NCBI GenBank assembly: GCA_016748015.1
Contig: JAAOMT010000597.1
Span: 124,001-188,000 of the forward strand
Source: Geosiphon pyriformis uo1
Taxonomy: Eukaryota > Fungi > Glomeromycota
Direction: 5' to 3'
DNA: 64,000 nt
Each line of letters begins with the position of its first letter. Positions within the stretch are counted from its first letter, which is position 1. Of this stretch, positions 41,566-55,360 are shown one piece after another. The position numbers and the translations under genes are program-made. Below the pieces are notes generated by a model. It was given only the letters and a program-made list of their open reading frames with translations. It was not told the DNA's origin and did no database searches.

Positions 41566-43324
41566 TTATCGAATTATTGAGTTAATATCGAGTGTTCCTG
41601 TGTTTTCTTTTTCGCAGCTCCTCGACTTACCGGACCTTCCAGTACTCTCAAAAGCTCTCCAGAATTTCAAATTCTCGTCACCTGCCGCCGTGGCAACAAC
41701 CTGTCCATCTGGGCTAATAGCTGAATGTAACACGCGTGTTTCGTGTGCTTTAATATCGGCGATTTTTTGAAGGGAAGGATACGCCCAAAGTGCTAAATGG
41801 TTGTCTGGAAATCCATGAGTGGATAGAAGTTCACGATATTCTCTTGACCAAATTATAGAGGTAACTTGAGAGCCCGTATCTGTAGATTGAAGTCGCGTAC
41901 CATTTGTTGTGTTCCAAAAATGAATGGTACGATCATAAGAGCCTCCTCCAGTGGCTAAAAGATTTGTTTGCCATGGACACCATGCAAGCGCCTATTATTA
42001 TGTTAGAAAATAAATTAAGCGACCATCCCGCTTAAATTTTGATTAATCATTGATTTTTACCTTTACAGCAGCGACATGAATTTCTTTTGTATATTTTGGT
42101 AAGCTTGATCTGGCATCCCAAATATTCACTCGATTATCATTTCCTCCGCTTGCCAGCTGAAAGCCATCAGGGCGCCATTTTAACCCACATACCTCGCTGG
42201 TATGACCGGACAATTGTGCCGCTCGATGTTCAGGTATCCTTATATCATGGTTCCATATATTCCCATCTTTACAACCAGAAGACAGGATACAGCTTTTCCA
42301 TGAGAGAACGCCAACACGAGCTGAATGTCCCAACATTGATCGAACTTTTTGCTCTTTGCTAACATCCCAAACTTGGGTATCACCGTCACTCATCCCGACT
42401 GCAAGGTGATCTCCATCAGCGGACCAGGATAAACTAGCAACATAATCATTATCACCTGCATCACCAATGGACGTTACTTGACCAGTATCGGCGTTCCAGA
42501 TGTAAACATTCTTGTCTAAGCCTATGGCCACCATATTTTTACAGCTCCAATCCAAAAGATTGAGATAATAATCATCACGCATTCCAGGTGCGTCAAGAAC
42601 ACGCTCAGGAACTTTGATAATGCGCCGATTGATTTGAATTGAGGTGCTGCTTTGTGAGGGGCGATTATAAATCTGCCCAAAATCCGCTTTCTCATTAATC
42701 GGTGGATTAACATTAAATGCTAATATACGCTTATCAATTGCGATGCCACAAGCTCGTGCTAACTCGGATTGATAGGCTAATTCACGGCTGTCCATGTATT
42801 TGTCTGTTGAGGAGTCCCGATGGGCTATGTTGAATTGTGTTGAGGAGTCATTCATTGCTTCACGATTAGGAATAAAACGATCACACTGTCCAAAATAAAG
42901 GGTGATTGAGAAAAAAAATTATTAAAGAAGCAAATAATTCCAATGTGGATTAAATAATAACCGTTGCTTTGATCTTTTTTTTGGATGGTGTTTTTCCTGC
43001 GACACATATCCAATCCTGTTCAACGATATGCAATTTTAACACATCATTCCTAACTATGCTCTTGGAGTTTTTCTTCTTGGTCGACTTAAATAGCTGAAGT
43101 AAAGAGGTCCCGTGTGAGACTGGCGAAGGTGTTGTACGCGTCGATGTAGAAGTTAGGGCGCTTCTTCCAGAGCGAAGATGGGTTGGTGTCGAGCTTAACC
43201 GCGGTGTACGAGGTGTCCTTGGTGTTCTTGGTGTACGCGTATTTGACTTCCGAGGAGAATTTGGAGCTGGAAAAGGTATCGCGACTTTAGGTGAAGGTAT
43301 GGGTGGAAGGTTTCGACTCGCCAG
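41566..43324 (-). CDS. CDC20: APC/C activator Cdc20/Slp1 (3 coding exons; proposed CTG start, see findings)
   Basis: C-box DRFIPNR, RILAF Mad2-binding-like motif, [22 protein letters not shown]40 repeats, terminal IR. Introns 42886-42961 and 41992-42060. Identity is firm; the start position is inferred. Confidence 0.9.
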
Positions 43325-44363
43325 TTTGACCGAACTTATTTAATGACCACAAGAGCAAAACAAGATTTATAGAAACAGACACAAGAGATAAGTAAGCAAT
43401 GAAAAAAAAACTGCCGAGATTTTATAGATTTAGCTGTCCTTGCGGATGTGGTAATAAAAAAACTTACTTTCGCTATTAGTTTATTTTCAGGTTGGAATTC
43501 GTGCTCTTTATCAAACCCTTGATGCTATTTAAAAAGTTCTCGGGTTTGAGATTCAAGAGTAAGAATGAAATTCGGAAAGTTTGATTAGCGAACTAAAGAG
43601 TAATAGGTGCTGAGCTTTAATTTGAGAATAACAATTTTTTGTTAATTGTTTATCATTTTTTTTAGTTACTTTGAAAGCCATCTAGCTTTTGCCCAATAAA
43701 TTTTTTATTATAATATAAGTTAATTTATTTAGTTTTCAAAATGTAAAATATTTGGCATTGAGAATAAAAATTACAACAAATAAATAAGTCTTTAATAAAT
43801 AATAAATTAATTACAAACTTACTAATAAAAATTTTAAAGTTTTATTTTTCAATAAAAAAAACCAATTTTAAAACAATATTAAAATTCTTAATATTAATAT
43901 TAATAAAAATATTAAGATTTTTAATAATAATTATATATTATTTAAAAAAAACATTTTAAATTTATGCTATTTAAAAAAATAGTTTAAAAAATTTTGTTTT
44001 TTTAATTATATTATAAAAAAATTTATAAAACTAAAATTAAAAAAGTTTTTTATATTATTTTACAATATATATATATATATTTAATTATTATATAATTGCA
44101 ATTTATTTTGAACAAATTAAATATATACTTAATAATAAAAACAAAAAAACTTGTTTTTTATATAAATCTTTTTTAATAAAGAATTTTGAAAATTTAATTT
44201 TTATATAAAAATATACACACTCAGAATCAATGATTCTCATTTTTTGAGCAACAATGGTTCAGTTTTTTTCCAAGATAAATTATTTTTTTCTTTTTTTAAG
44301 CCTGTTGAGACTTAATCAGCAACAGTATCTTCTTATTCCAAGCCCATTTTATCACTTGTCAAA

Positions 44364-47300
44364 ATGGAAAACTTTCGTCCTCCTGAAAACCCATATGGGC
44401 CTCCACCGGCTTCAACAATGTCAACGCGTTCTAATTCGCCTTCTCAAAGGTCAAATTACAGTGAAAGCCAGCAAGAAAGTAGCAGGTCAGGCAATGTTAT
44501 AACCAGACGTTCATCAAGGCAATGGAGCCGCAGCAGTAATGAAGGAAGTGGTAACGGCACTTCAGTTTACGGGAACAGTAATCCAAGCAATAGAAGTTAT
44601 GGCCCTAGTAATTCAAACAATAGCGCTGTCAATTATGGAAATAGTTCGGGTGGATCAAGTTATGGTAGCTCACGAAATCGAGGAACTAGAAACAGTTCCT
44701 ATGATCGTCATTTACGAGATAACAAAGATTCGTGGAGCCAAAGACAACATCAACAAGACAGACAACATAGGAATTATCGTGACTCGGGAAATCACCGTGA
44801 TCGACACAGGGATGGATACAATTCGCGACAGTACAATCAAAAACATTATCGTTCATACCACGATAATTACAATGGCCATAGGCAAAATCGCAGAACAAAC
44901 GAAAGACCACCTTGGCATCAAAGTCATACCGGCCATCACTCACAAAATCAAAATAATGAACAGCCTCATCCGATGGCCCAACATCTTTCCTCACAACCTC
45001 TTCCTCCTAATCATCGTCTTCCTTCGCATCAACTTCATCCATCCCAATCTCAAACTAATTTTGAACTACAAAATCATTCGCATCAGCAACCAGCTCATTC
45101 ACATCAACATCCTAGTCAACTCAACCATCGACCAGCGCACCACGGACATCATCAGCAACATCATTATCAGCCATATCCACAACATCCTTGGATGACTGGA
45201 CCACAATCTTCAGCTACGGTGGCCCACGCACAAAACCAATCAACTCACGTATTATCAGGTACTCTTCACAATCATCAACCCCCACCACCAGGGACAAATA
45301 TTGCTCCACAATTAGCAACAGGACAGCCGGCTCAACTCGGGCAACATGGCCTTCATCCACCACATGGACCCCCAGTTGCCTCTCAAATTCCTCCTCAAAT
45401 GAACTTGTATTCTGAGCAGCAACATCATCAACAATCTGTTCAATTTCAAGGACAGCACCTATCTCAGATATCCACATGGGACCAGAATTCAGCCGCTGCT
45501 TATCATCACACACAATCATCTCTTTATCCACCTGAATCATATGAGTCTTTCGCTCCTCGATATTCTTATATGTCCGGCATAGATCCTGCTTATAATTATG
45601 AGCAGCCAATGTTAGAGATACCTCAATTGTCTGTTCCTACTCAACCACCTCAGCCTCCACAACCGCCTCAACCGCAGAATTCCATAGGGCAATCAATTCA
45701 AGAACAATATAATCAGTTGATAGCCACAATTGATCCTAGCGAACCCCCTGTAACGTCAATTGAGATTTCTGAGAGTTTGCCTGAGAACCAAGAATCAACT
45801 GTTCAGGAAATGGATATAGAAAAAGAGCCATCAACTCTTCAGCTTGGCACGCTGACACCTCTGAACCAAAAGCCGACCGAACTTTATGAAAAGCTTGTAC
45901 AAGTTGGAGAAGGCACTTATGGGTTAGTATCAACTTAAAAAAAAAATTTATCTGTATGATTTTCGTCAATTTGCGGTTACACTATTCGATAAACAGCAAA
46001 GTATATAAAGCCAGAAACAGTGAGACTGGAGCAATTGTCGCTCTTAAACGAATTAGAATGGAGACCGAAAGAGAAGGGGCGAGTATCAGTCCAATAATTC
46101 ACATAAGTAATGGAACAAGCTTAACAATTTAATTGATATTTTTCATTCAAATTTGTATGAATTAGTTTCCAATAACCGCCCTACGAGAGATCAAAATCCT
46201 TCAAGACCTTGATCATGAACATGTTGTCAAACTTTTGGAAATTATGGTTGTCAAAGGTAGGCAATTTATTTGTTGCTATTTATAATTCTGTCCCTTAATC
46301 GGCTGTATCGCCTATTTTTTATTTTCTGAAATATAGACTAATCATAATAATCTCTTCAGTTTTATTTACATTATTCGAAACTTATCCAATTTTTTTATAA
46401 TAGGAAGCGTTTACATGGTCTTCGAGTACATGGATCATGATCTAACTGGGGTGCTTTCAAACCCTCAAATCAAATTTGAGCCGCAACATATCAAGTGTCT
46501 TATGAAACAGTTACTGGAAGGAATTGGTTTTCTTCACAGCCGTGGAATTTTACACCGAGACATAAAAGGTATGGACTTCAGATGTGATATGGTTTAAACT
46601 ACTTGATTAAATTTTCTTTTTGTATATATCCTTGTCATTAGGGTCAAATATTCTTTTAAATAACTGCGGCCAACTGAAATTGGCCGATTTTGGCCTTGCC
46701 CGCCAATTTCAGCCTAGGCGGATGCACGATTATACCAATAGGGTAATAACCCTTTGGTATAGACCACCTGAACTATGCCTGGGCTCCACAGTTTACGGGC
46801 CTGAAGTAGACATATGGAGTGCAGGGTAGAAAAAAGCCCATATTCATTCATTCTTGTAAACAAAAATCTAATACTATTGAAATCATATACTTTTAGCTGC
46901 ATTATGGTGGAGTTGTTCACGGGAAAGCCTTTGTTTCAGGGAACTGACGAGATCACTCAGTTGGAGGCCATTTACCAGCTTTTGGGATCGCCGTCAACTC
47001 ATACCTGGCCGGCAATGGCTGAATTGCCTTGGTATGAGTTGATCAGGTTTGAGAAGTTGTGGGAAAGCAAGTTTGAGGAGGTTTATGGGGAGTAAGTACA
47101 AATAGATCTATTGCATTTAGGAAATTTTCTCTTCGTTAATTTCTTATTTTCTTAGGATTTTGTCGCCGAAAGCTTTGGAATTGATTTGTACCTTGTTGTC
47201 CGTGAATCCTACGGACCGCCCGACAGCGATGGAGGCTCTCGAGTTGCCGTATTTCACTGCGGAAGAACCTGAGGCGTGCTTGCCAGAAAAGTAGGCTTTT

Positions 47301-47428
47301 CTATTTACATTTTTTCAGTTTTCATCATTTTCAATTCATTCTAATTTTAAACACATTATAGCCTCCCCAGGATTCACGGGGACTGGCACGAATTTGAGTC
47401 AAAGCAGAGAAAGAGGGTTGTGGAGTGA
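44364..47428 (+). CDS. CTK1: RNA polymerase II CTD kinase Ctk1/Lsk1 (CDK12-like) with long low-complexity N-terminus
   Basis: VGEGTYG, EREG|[41 protein letters not shown]; exon 1 is S/R/N- then H/Q/P-rich. Confidence 0.9.
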
Positions 47429-47674
47429 AGGGGTCAATAGGTTTTATAATCGGTTAAAAACATGTAAATTTTTGATTTGCAGAGAAGAATCACATGAATT
47501 CTGATTTTCGATTTTGAAGCTGTCGCACTTCTTTATTCGATCTATATAATTTCCAGTCTTCTAAAAATGATTGAGTTTTATATCGGGGCGTTTTCATTCA
47601 TTGCAAATATTCATAAACTAATCTTTATTGCCTAAAATTGGACATAATAATAATTGGGATAGAAAGTTTCCATT

Positions 47675-48600
<926 letters not shown>

Positions 48601-48796
48601 GATATTAGAAGCGTATTTTCAAAGTACAGTTGGGTAAGAAAAAAAAAAGTCGTAGAGTTGAGCTTGAAAAGTCTGGTTCGATCCATAGTGAGTCTTTTGA
48701 TTGGCTTGGTGGCTAGTCACGTGTAGAAACAATATATATTTAATCGCGTTTTTCTCGTGTGTTTTCCTTCAACATTTTTTTCCTTTCTTTTTGCCC

Positions 48797-49261
48797 GTGA
48801 CGGACGCTTCCAATACAAGAGAGCACAAATACTTCGATCGCAAAACCACAGAATGGAATATACTCGGATTTCTTGGTGAATGCGATACGGAACCATTCAA
48901 CCTGAAGATTGATACATACCTCAAATTTCTGGAGAATCACATGGAGCGCGAACGAGGCAATAGGAAAGAAAAAGGGAAGCTCCTTCTCGTTAGGAAAGTA
49001 AGAATTTTTTTATATAGATTAAGGAAATAATAGCGTGACGGAACCTACTCGCTTCAAGACTATTCGTCAAGCCAAAACCAGAGTTGGGCACAAGTGGCCT
49101 ACTCCCTTGCCTGATGTTCAAGACTATTCGTCGACCTGATGGGATAAAAAAATAATGAGAATTGTAGCAATGAAATGTTACTAATACACTAAGTTTTTAT
49201 GAATCGACCTGACCGCCAGCTTGCTAAGGATTGGGACAAGGAACGCAATCACGCCAAATGA
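48797..49261 (+). pseudogene. Short/truncated member of a lineage-specific expanded protein family
   Basis: NTREHKYFDRKTTEWNILGFLGECDTEPF..KIDTYLK.L then, after an apparent intron, NRPDRQLAKDWDKER; resembles N-termini I recall from Glomeromycotina multigene families; no ATG (GTG at 48797); stops before LTR relic. Confidence 0.45.
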
Positions 49262-49299
49262 GTACTGGAAACACTATCCAATTTTTTGCTTCATTGCTG

Positions 49300-49698
49300 G
49301 ATCTTCTTAAAAATACAAATTAACAATACATCTTTATTTAAAAAACCAAAACTTGTACATAAATTATTCTCTTGGAAATTAATCATTTCTGACTAATATA
49401 AAATTGATTAGTTGCCAATTTCAGTAGACCAGATTAGTTTTTTTTCACTTTATAATATTATTAAATTATTATTTTTTTATTTATGTTATTTTTGAAATTG
49501 TTGTAAAAGTTGATTTTTACTGTAATATAATTACATTAAAAGTTATTGGCCATTTTATTATAAGTTCAATATGAAACAGATCCAAAGTATAAAAAAATAA
49601 TTTGAAAATAAATAGCTTATTAAAGGTTTAATAGCTTCTATCAATAACAGCATTTACAATAAATTCAACATTAAAAAATAATTAAAACTTTAATAATA
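49300..49698 (+). repeat. Ancient, heavily AT-shifted family A-like LTR relic
   Basis: AAATTGATTAGTTGCCAATTTCAGTAGAC and further colinear blocks match 2860-3349; ends AAACTTTAATAATA like the LTR end. Confidence 0.7.
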
Positions 49699-50184
49699 CT
49701 ACAGTTTTATTTGTATTAAACTTAATATTAAAATTTTGTAAGATTTTTTTTATTTTTTATACAAAACAGACTAAGTATTATAAACTAAATGCAGTTAATA
49801 TTTTGTTTATATGTAACTAGTTACTTAAGTTAATTAAGATATCACTATACAATTATTTAAACTAAAATAGCATCATTCAAACCAAAAAAAAAACTGCAAT
49901 ATTTTTAAAAATCAAAACTAATAGCAAAAATCTTAATAATACTAAGCATATAAACCACTTTATTTAAAAAGTTAATAAACAATTCATATTATATATATGA
50001 CACAAATTTATTATTATTTATTAAATTACTTTTTTTTATAATACAGTGAACTCTCTTTATAATCACACCTTTTGGTTAGTATATTTGTGGTGACTATAAA
50101 AAGATGAGACTATAAAAAATGATTAATATCTTATTACATGATTTATATATTACATGCATAATATAATAATTAATTATATATATT

Positions 50185-51744
50185 TTATTTAAAAAAGCTA
50201 TCTATTTGCAACTGTTTTTTCTCTTCTTAAACTTTGAGAACAGTATTATGAATTAATGTTTTTAAAGTTTTAAAAAAGTCTGAATCAACTTTTTTACTAT
50301 ACTGTTCTTTACAATAGCACAATGTATTTTCAAGTACAGTTTTACCTTGATGTGTAAATAGCAAAGGCAAAGATTTATCTTCATCTTTACTTTCTAAATC
50401 TTCATTTGCATTAGAATTTCCACTATACTTGTTGTTAATAAGATCTACAATTTCATTTTCTGAAGCATAAGTAAATAATGATTCAAACTTGTCAATATTA
50501 ATAAAGTCTATTGTCAATAACTTGTCAATATTAACATGTTCAATAAGAACTTGTATTTTTTGTAGAAATTCTTATTTAATATCTAATAAATAGGCTGGCA
50601 TTTAACTATTATTCAGAATTCTTATATGACACCAACAGTTTTAAATTGTAGTTGTTATTACTGCTGATTACATATCAATTAAAAAGTCAACTACATCCTT
50701 TAATATTATTGTTAATATTGGAATCTTGTTATCATACTGATTAATAAGATGGAAAAGAAACAACTTTTGGTATTGTGCCTTAAAAAATACAATAATTTCT
50801 GCATCTAATAGTTGCAAATAGGATGTTGTATTGGATGATAGGTATCTAATCATAATATTAGATAATATGGAAGGTTTTTTACTATAGGGACCAGCATTAT
50901 CAAGCAATAACAAAATCTTTTTTTTCTTGTGACACATTTCTTCATTTAATAAATTAAGCCATTCACTAAAAATATCAGTTTGCATCCATGCTTTTGTATT
51001 GTAACAATAAGTAATTAAAAGTGTATTTATATTAATATTGCAAAAACATCATGGCTTTGTAGCTTTGCTAATAATTAAAGACTGCAACTTGATACTGTCT
51101 GTTGCATTACAAGCAAAAAGTATGGTAATTTGACTCTTATCATGCTTGGTGCCAGAAGTAGATCTTGTTGTCAAAATTGCATTTGGTAGTATTCTAAAAA
51201 ATAATGCTGTCTCATTGGCATTGTAAACATTATTTAGATTATATTCACTGATAATCTCATGCAGTTTCTTTCGTTTTTCTAGTAAAATTTTCAAGAGAGC
51301 ACTGTTTGCTTCACTATGCATCTTAATATGGTGCAAATTATAATGTTTCTTGAACTTTTCTAACCAAATATCTGATGCTTTAAAGTTATTTTTTTCCAGA
51401 AACTTTTCAGCAAACTTGAAGGCTTTCATTTGTAAAAATTTTCCAGTAAGAATACAGTTAGTAGCTAGTGCTCCAAGCATTTATTCTTTCAGTGCATTAT
51501 TTATCTTCAGAAACATTTCTTTCCTGTCCTTTGTCAATTAACCAGAGTTGCCAAATACATTCTTTTCAATTTATTGGTCTGATTTTATGAATATCTTTGT
51601 TACAGTAAAGCAATTAATCTTTAGATTAAATATTTTAATAAGTCTATTTACTGAGTAGTCAGAATGCTCTAGTTTGTATTGACAGAAAGCTTTTTTAGTC
51701 TCTAAAAAGATTGCTGCTCACTTTTGGTTTGCATTTTTTAACAT
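50185..51744 (-). pseudogene. CENP-B-like HTH plus DDE_1 transposase, multiple stops
   Basis: FKASDIWLEKFKK, VYNANETALFF, ITILFACNATD, KAWMQTDIFSEWL, ILLLLDNAGP, NTTSYLQLLDAEII, terminal QLQIDSFFK. Confidence 0.92.
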
Positions 51745-51944
51745 GTTAATAAGAACACACTTTTTATTGCATTTTGCTTTTATAATATATTGATGTATCT
51801 GTTATGTCTCAAATGTTATTTTGCCTTATATCTAATCAAACATGTGAGGTGTTTCATGTCATATGAGGGGCCTCAGATTATAAAAAGTGGCCAAATTATA
51901 AAAATAAAGGTTTTAATCTAACTGTAGAATTCTAAGTACAAATG

Positions 51945-52780
51945 ACAGATTCTTAGTAAAAAGAAACCTAATTTCGATAATGCATCTACAACACTTTTTG
52001 CCTCTTACCTCCAACTAATAATCAATAATAAAGGCTGTCAATTTGATCCTCCACATACTTGCATAATCACGTAGAAAATAGCACAATGTTATATTATCAA
52101 GCCCCCTAAACACAGCAATGCCTATATTAATTATGTAAATATCACAGCTAATGGAAGTGGTTGACAATTTATTTCTCCATTCTAAAAACACTTACTAATA
52201 TGTTTTACGAGTTTATTAATTAAAAACATAATGATGAAACATAAAACATCACAATCTATTTTCAATGCCAATAAGACAACACATTGCAAATTCATTTTAT
52301 CAGTTATCTATGGTGTTGTATTGGTATTCAATGGCTAAGTCAAGGTTTGTTCACAATATAAGATATCTAGAAGCTATAAAAAAGAGCCAGTTGATTGGAC
52401 AATCAAGGTACATAATATGATAATTGTAATTACAGAGATGAAATGGAAGATATCAATTAAGATGTGGACCAATGTATGATTCAACTTCAAAGCATCCATG
52501 CAATGCAATAAAAAACATTTCTATAACATAGTCTTATGAGAAATTGAAATGTTTGAAATAATCACTGTGAGTGATTAGGTAATTATCAAAGTGGTTTCAA
52601 GTGGGATCAACAATAATAGTAAAGTTGAGATATTGTTAAGTTTGTGCTTCCTTCTTTCCTTGCCTATTAGTAAGACAACATTGAATAAAAATCTTTTGTG
52701 TAGTCAACTTGAAAGCTTGTTTGGTCAGATCAAGTGGGGTTTTGACCAACAAATTGAGTCTCAGGATTTAGGTAAATGAC
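51945..52780 (+). pseudogene. Crinkler-type PD-(D/E)xK restriction-endonuclease-like domain (decayed cargo)
   Basis: From 52261: FNANKTTHCKFILSVIYGVV..VKVCSQYKISRSYKKEPVDWTIKVHNMIIVITEMK, frameshift, EDIN*DVDQCMIQLQ, ASMQCNKK. This fits the VD..E.K...Q nuclease pattern I recall for Glomeromycotina CRN C-termini. Boundaries approximate. Confidence 0.62.
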
Positions 52781-52789
52781 AACATATGG

Positions 52790-53520
52790 AATTTACTCTT
52801 ATTCTGATTGACATTGCCATATTCATAGCAATAACTTAAATTGTACATTGCAGTAAAACTCCCTGTATCAACTGGTTTTTGATATAATTTGACACCTTCA
52901 CTTTTGTTTTATTGATGTCTTTGTCATACTTATAGCAATAACCTAACCAATTCATTGCACCAGGATTTCCTACATCAATTATGATTTGAAAAAATTTGAC
53001 CACTTCACTTATGTCCTGATCAATGCATTTGCCATTAAAATAGTAATAACCTATCTAATTCATTGCCCCAGAATCTCTTACATCAGCCGCTTTTCGATAC
53101 AATTTGATAGCTTGATCTGTGTTCTAATTGACGCATTTGCCATTAAAGTAGCAATGTTCTAATTAAGTCATTGCTTTAGAATTTCCTGTATCACTTGCCT
53201 TTTGATACAATTTAACAGCTTGATCTGTGTCTTGATTGACACCTTTACCATATTGATAGCAATAATCTAATTGAGTCATTGCTTCAGAATTTCTTGTATT
53301 AACAGCTTTTTGATATAATTTGATCTCTTAACTTTTGTTCTAATCAATACTTTCATCATGCTGATAGCAATAACCTAAATTGTTCATTGTAGCAGAATTC
53401 TCTATATCACTTGTCTTTTAATATAATTTGACAGCTTAACCCATGTCTTAATTAACACTTTTGCTATAAAAGTAGCAATTTTCTAATTTATCTATTGCTG
53501 CAGAGTTTCCAGCATTTAAA
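52790..53520 (-). pseudogene. SEL1-like repeat array (about 6.5 x 36 aa), decayed cargo
   Basis: 108-bp period; e.g. NSEAMTQLDYCYQYGKGVNQDTDQAVKLYQKASDTG, the SEL1 consensus A..LG.CY..G.GV..D...A...Y.KA...G. Confidence 0.92.
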
Positions 53521-53584
53521 CAGAATAGATGGTGAAAATCTAATTCAAGATTTTTACATTTTTAAAAAATACCTCCAAACAGCC

Positions 53585-53920
53585 ACAACAATTAACATGG
53601 CAATAATAATTCAGTTTGCTTACTTCCTAATAGTCTTAACAATTAATATAACAATAATAATCAGGTTCACTTATCTTTGGATGGTCTTAGTAATCAATGC
53701 AACAATAGTAATTCACTTACTTTTAGACAGCTATAACAATTCACACAAATATATTAATTAAATTTGCTTATCTCTAAATAATTATGGCAATCAATATGAC
53801 AATAATAATCAGATTCACTTATTTTTGGATAGCATTAACAATCAATGTAACAATAATAATTTACTTTATTTACCTTTGGATAGTTATAGCAATTATTACA
53901 GCAATGCTAAATAAATTTAC
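53585..53920. repeat. Degenerate ~50-bp tandem repeat inside the pogo element
   Basis: Recurrent CAAT(C/T)AA..(G/A)CAATAATAATCAG.TTCACTTA..TTGGATAG units with a higher-order ~200-bp duplication. Confidence 0.65.
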
Positions 53921-55360
53921 TTAGTGGCTTGGGCAATTATTCAATATTTGCCACCAAAACAAAGCAAAGCATGCTATTTTACACCAATTTGCTTGTTGTA
54001 ACTTTTAAAATTATACCAATAAAATAATAAATTAATGAATAAAACAAACAATGATAGATTAATATAAGTCTTATTATTACAATACTTAAATACAAAATAG
54101 GATTGACATTTTAAAATAATATTTGGAGCATTTTTTATAATCTGAGGTACCTTATATGTCTGATTAAATATGAAATAACATCTAATGTTCATATTTAATA
54201 TTATATAATTATAGTGTAACTATAAAGAGTGGAATTACTTATATTCTGCTATTATATTTGTGGGGATAGAGACTATAAGGAAATATATATAGTAAAAGTG
54301 ACTATAAGAAGATAATATTATATATAAATGGCTTTGGTTTTTAAAAAAATGTGATAATAAAAAGATAATAACTATAACCAGAAGAACTATAGAGAGAGTT
54401 CACTGTAGTTCTAAACTTAAATTTATATAATTATATTATTAATACATAAATTTTATTAATTTAATACTATTTTTTAATATTTTTAAAAATTAACACTAAT
54501 TTTTTATATTAAAATTTAAATATTATACTTTTATACAATATAATACAAATTATTATTAAATTTATTATTAAACAGATTTTATAAAATTAATAATAATAAA
54601 ACTTAAATAATAATCAAAAAATTTTAATATACAATACAATCTTAAAACAATTTTTTATAAATATTAATATCTTTATTATTATTACTAAGAATTTTTATGG
54701 TTTTTCAATACAAAAATTACAAAAATTACTATTAAAATTATGTAAAAAAGACTTATATTATTATATTTAATTAACAAAATTAGCTAATAAACAAAAAACA
54801 AAAAATTAGTAATTAGTCAATGATAACAAAAAAATATAGCACAATTTAATTATTTAACAAAAAATTTTTAACAAACTAAGAAATACTAATAAAAATTATG
54901 AATTAATGTATATAATTTAATAATAACAGTTTTTATTATACTTTAAGATTTTTATATGCCCTTATTTATACAGTCTAATATTCTAAATCTATAATTACTA
55001 TTCAAAAATAGTTACTAAAAAATACAATTAATTAATTTATATCTGATTGTATTAATCTAAAGTTCTAATATTTAGTTTGGTTTAGTTCAAATTCAATTAA
55101 ATTACCAAACTGAACCAAATTTAAACAAAAGATTTGGCAAAATTTCAAACTTGAACTTAAACCAAACTTAAAATTACTAAACTTAAACCAAACCTAAACA
55201 CATATAACAAGTCTAGTTTAAGCTTGGTTTAAAGTTCATAAACATGTTCAAATTTAACTATTAAAAATATTATATTATACTATATTATTATTTAATTTTT
55301 TTTCAATAATTCCTGCATTTATAATTAAAGATATTGTGCTACTTTTATAATTTTAAGTAT

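Larger units (their letters stand above)
50044..54405 (-). mobile_element. pogo/Tigger-type (Tc1/mariner) DNA transposon, 4362 bp, with cargo
   Basis: TIRs CAGTGAACTCTCT (13 bp perfect, 18/20 overall), TA on both sides, subterminal GACTATAA-type repeats at both ends, transposase relic inside. Confidence 0.9.

Noticed and set aside
44539-45609. Overlapping and antisense ORFs within CTK1 exon 1 (and similar ones in SEC7 and gag regions)
   Set aside because: Shadows of biased-codon coding sequence, with no independent motifs.
55070-55255. MITE or hAT end with AACCAAAC/GTTTGGTT repeats
   Set aside because: Too decayed; no TIR pair or TSD could be defined.
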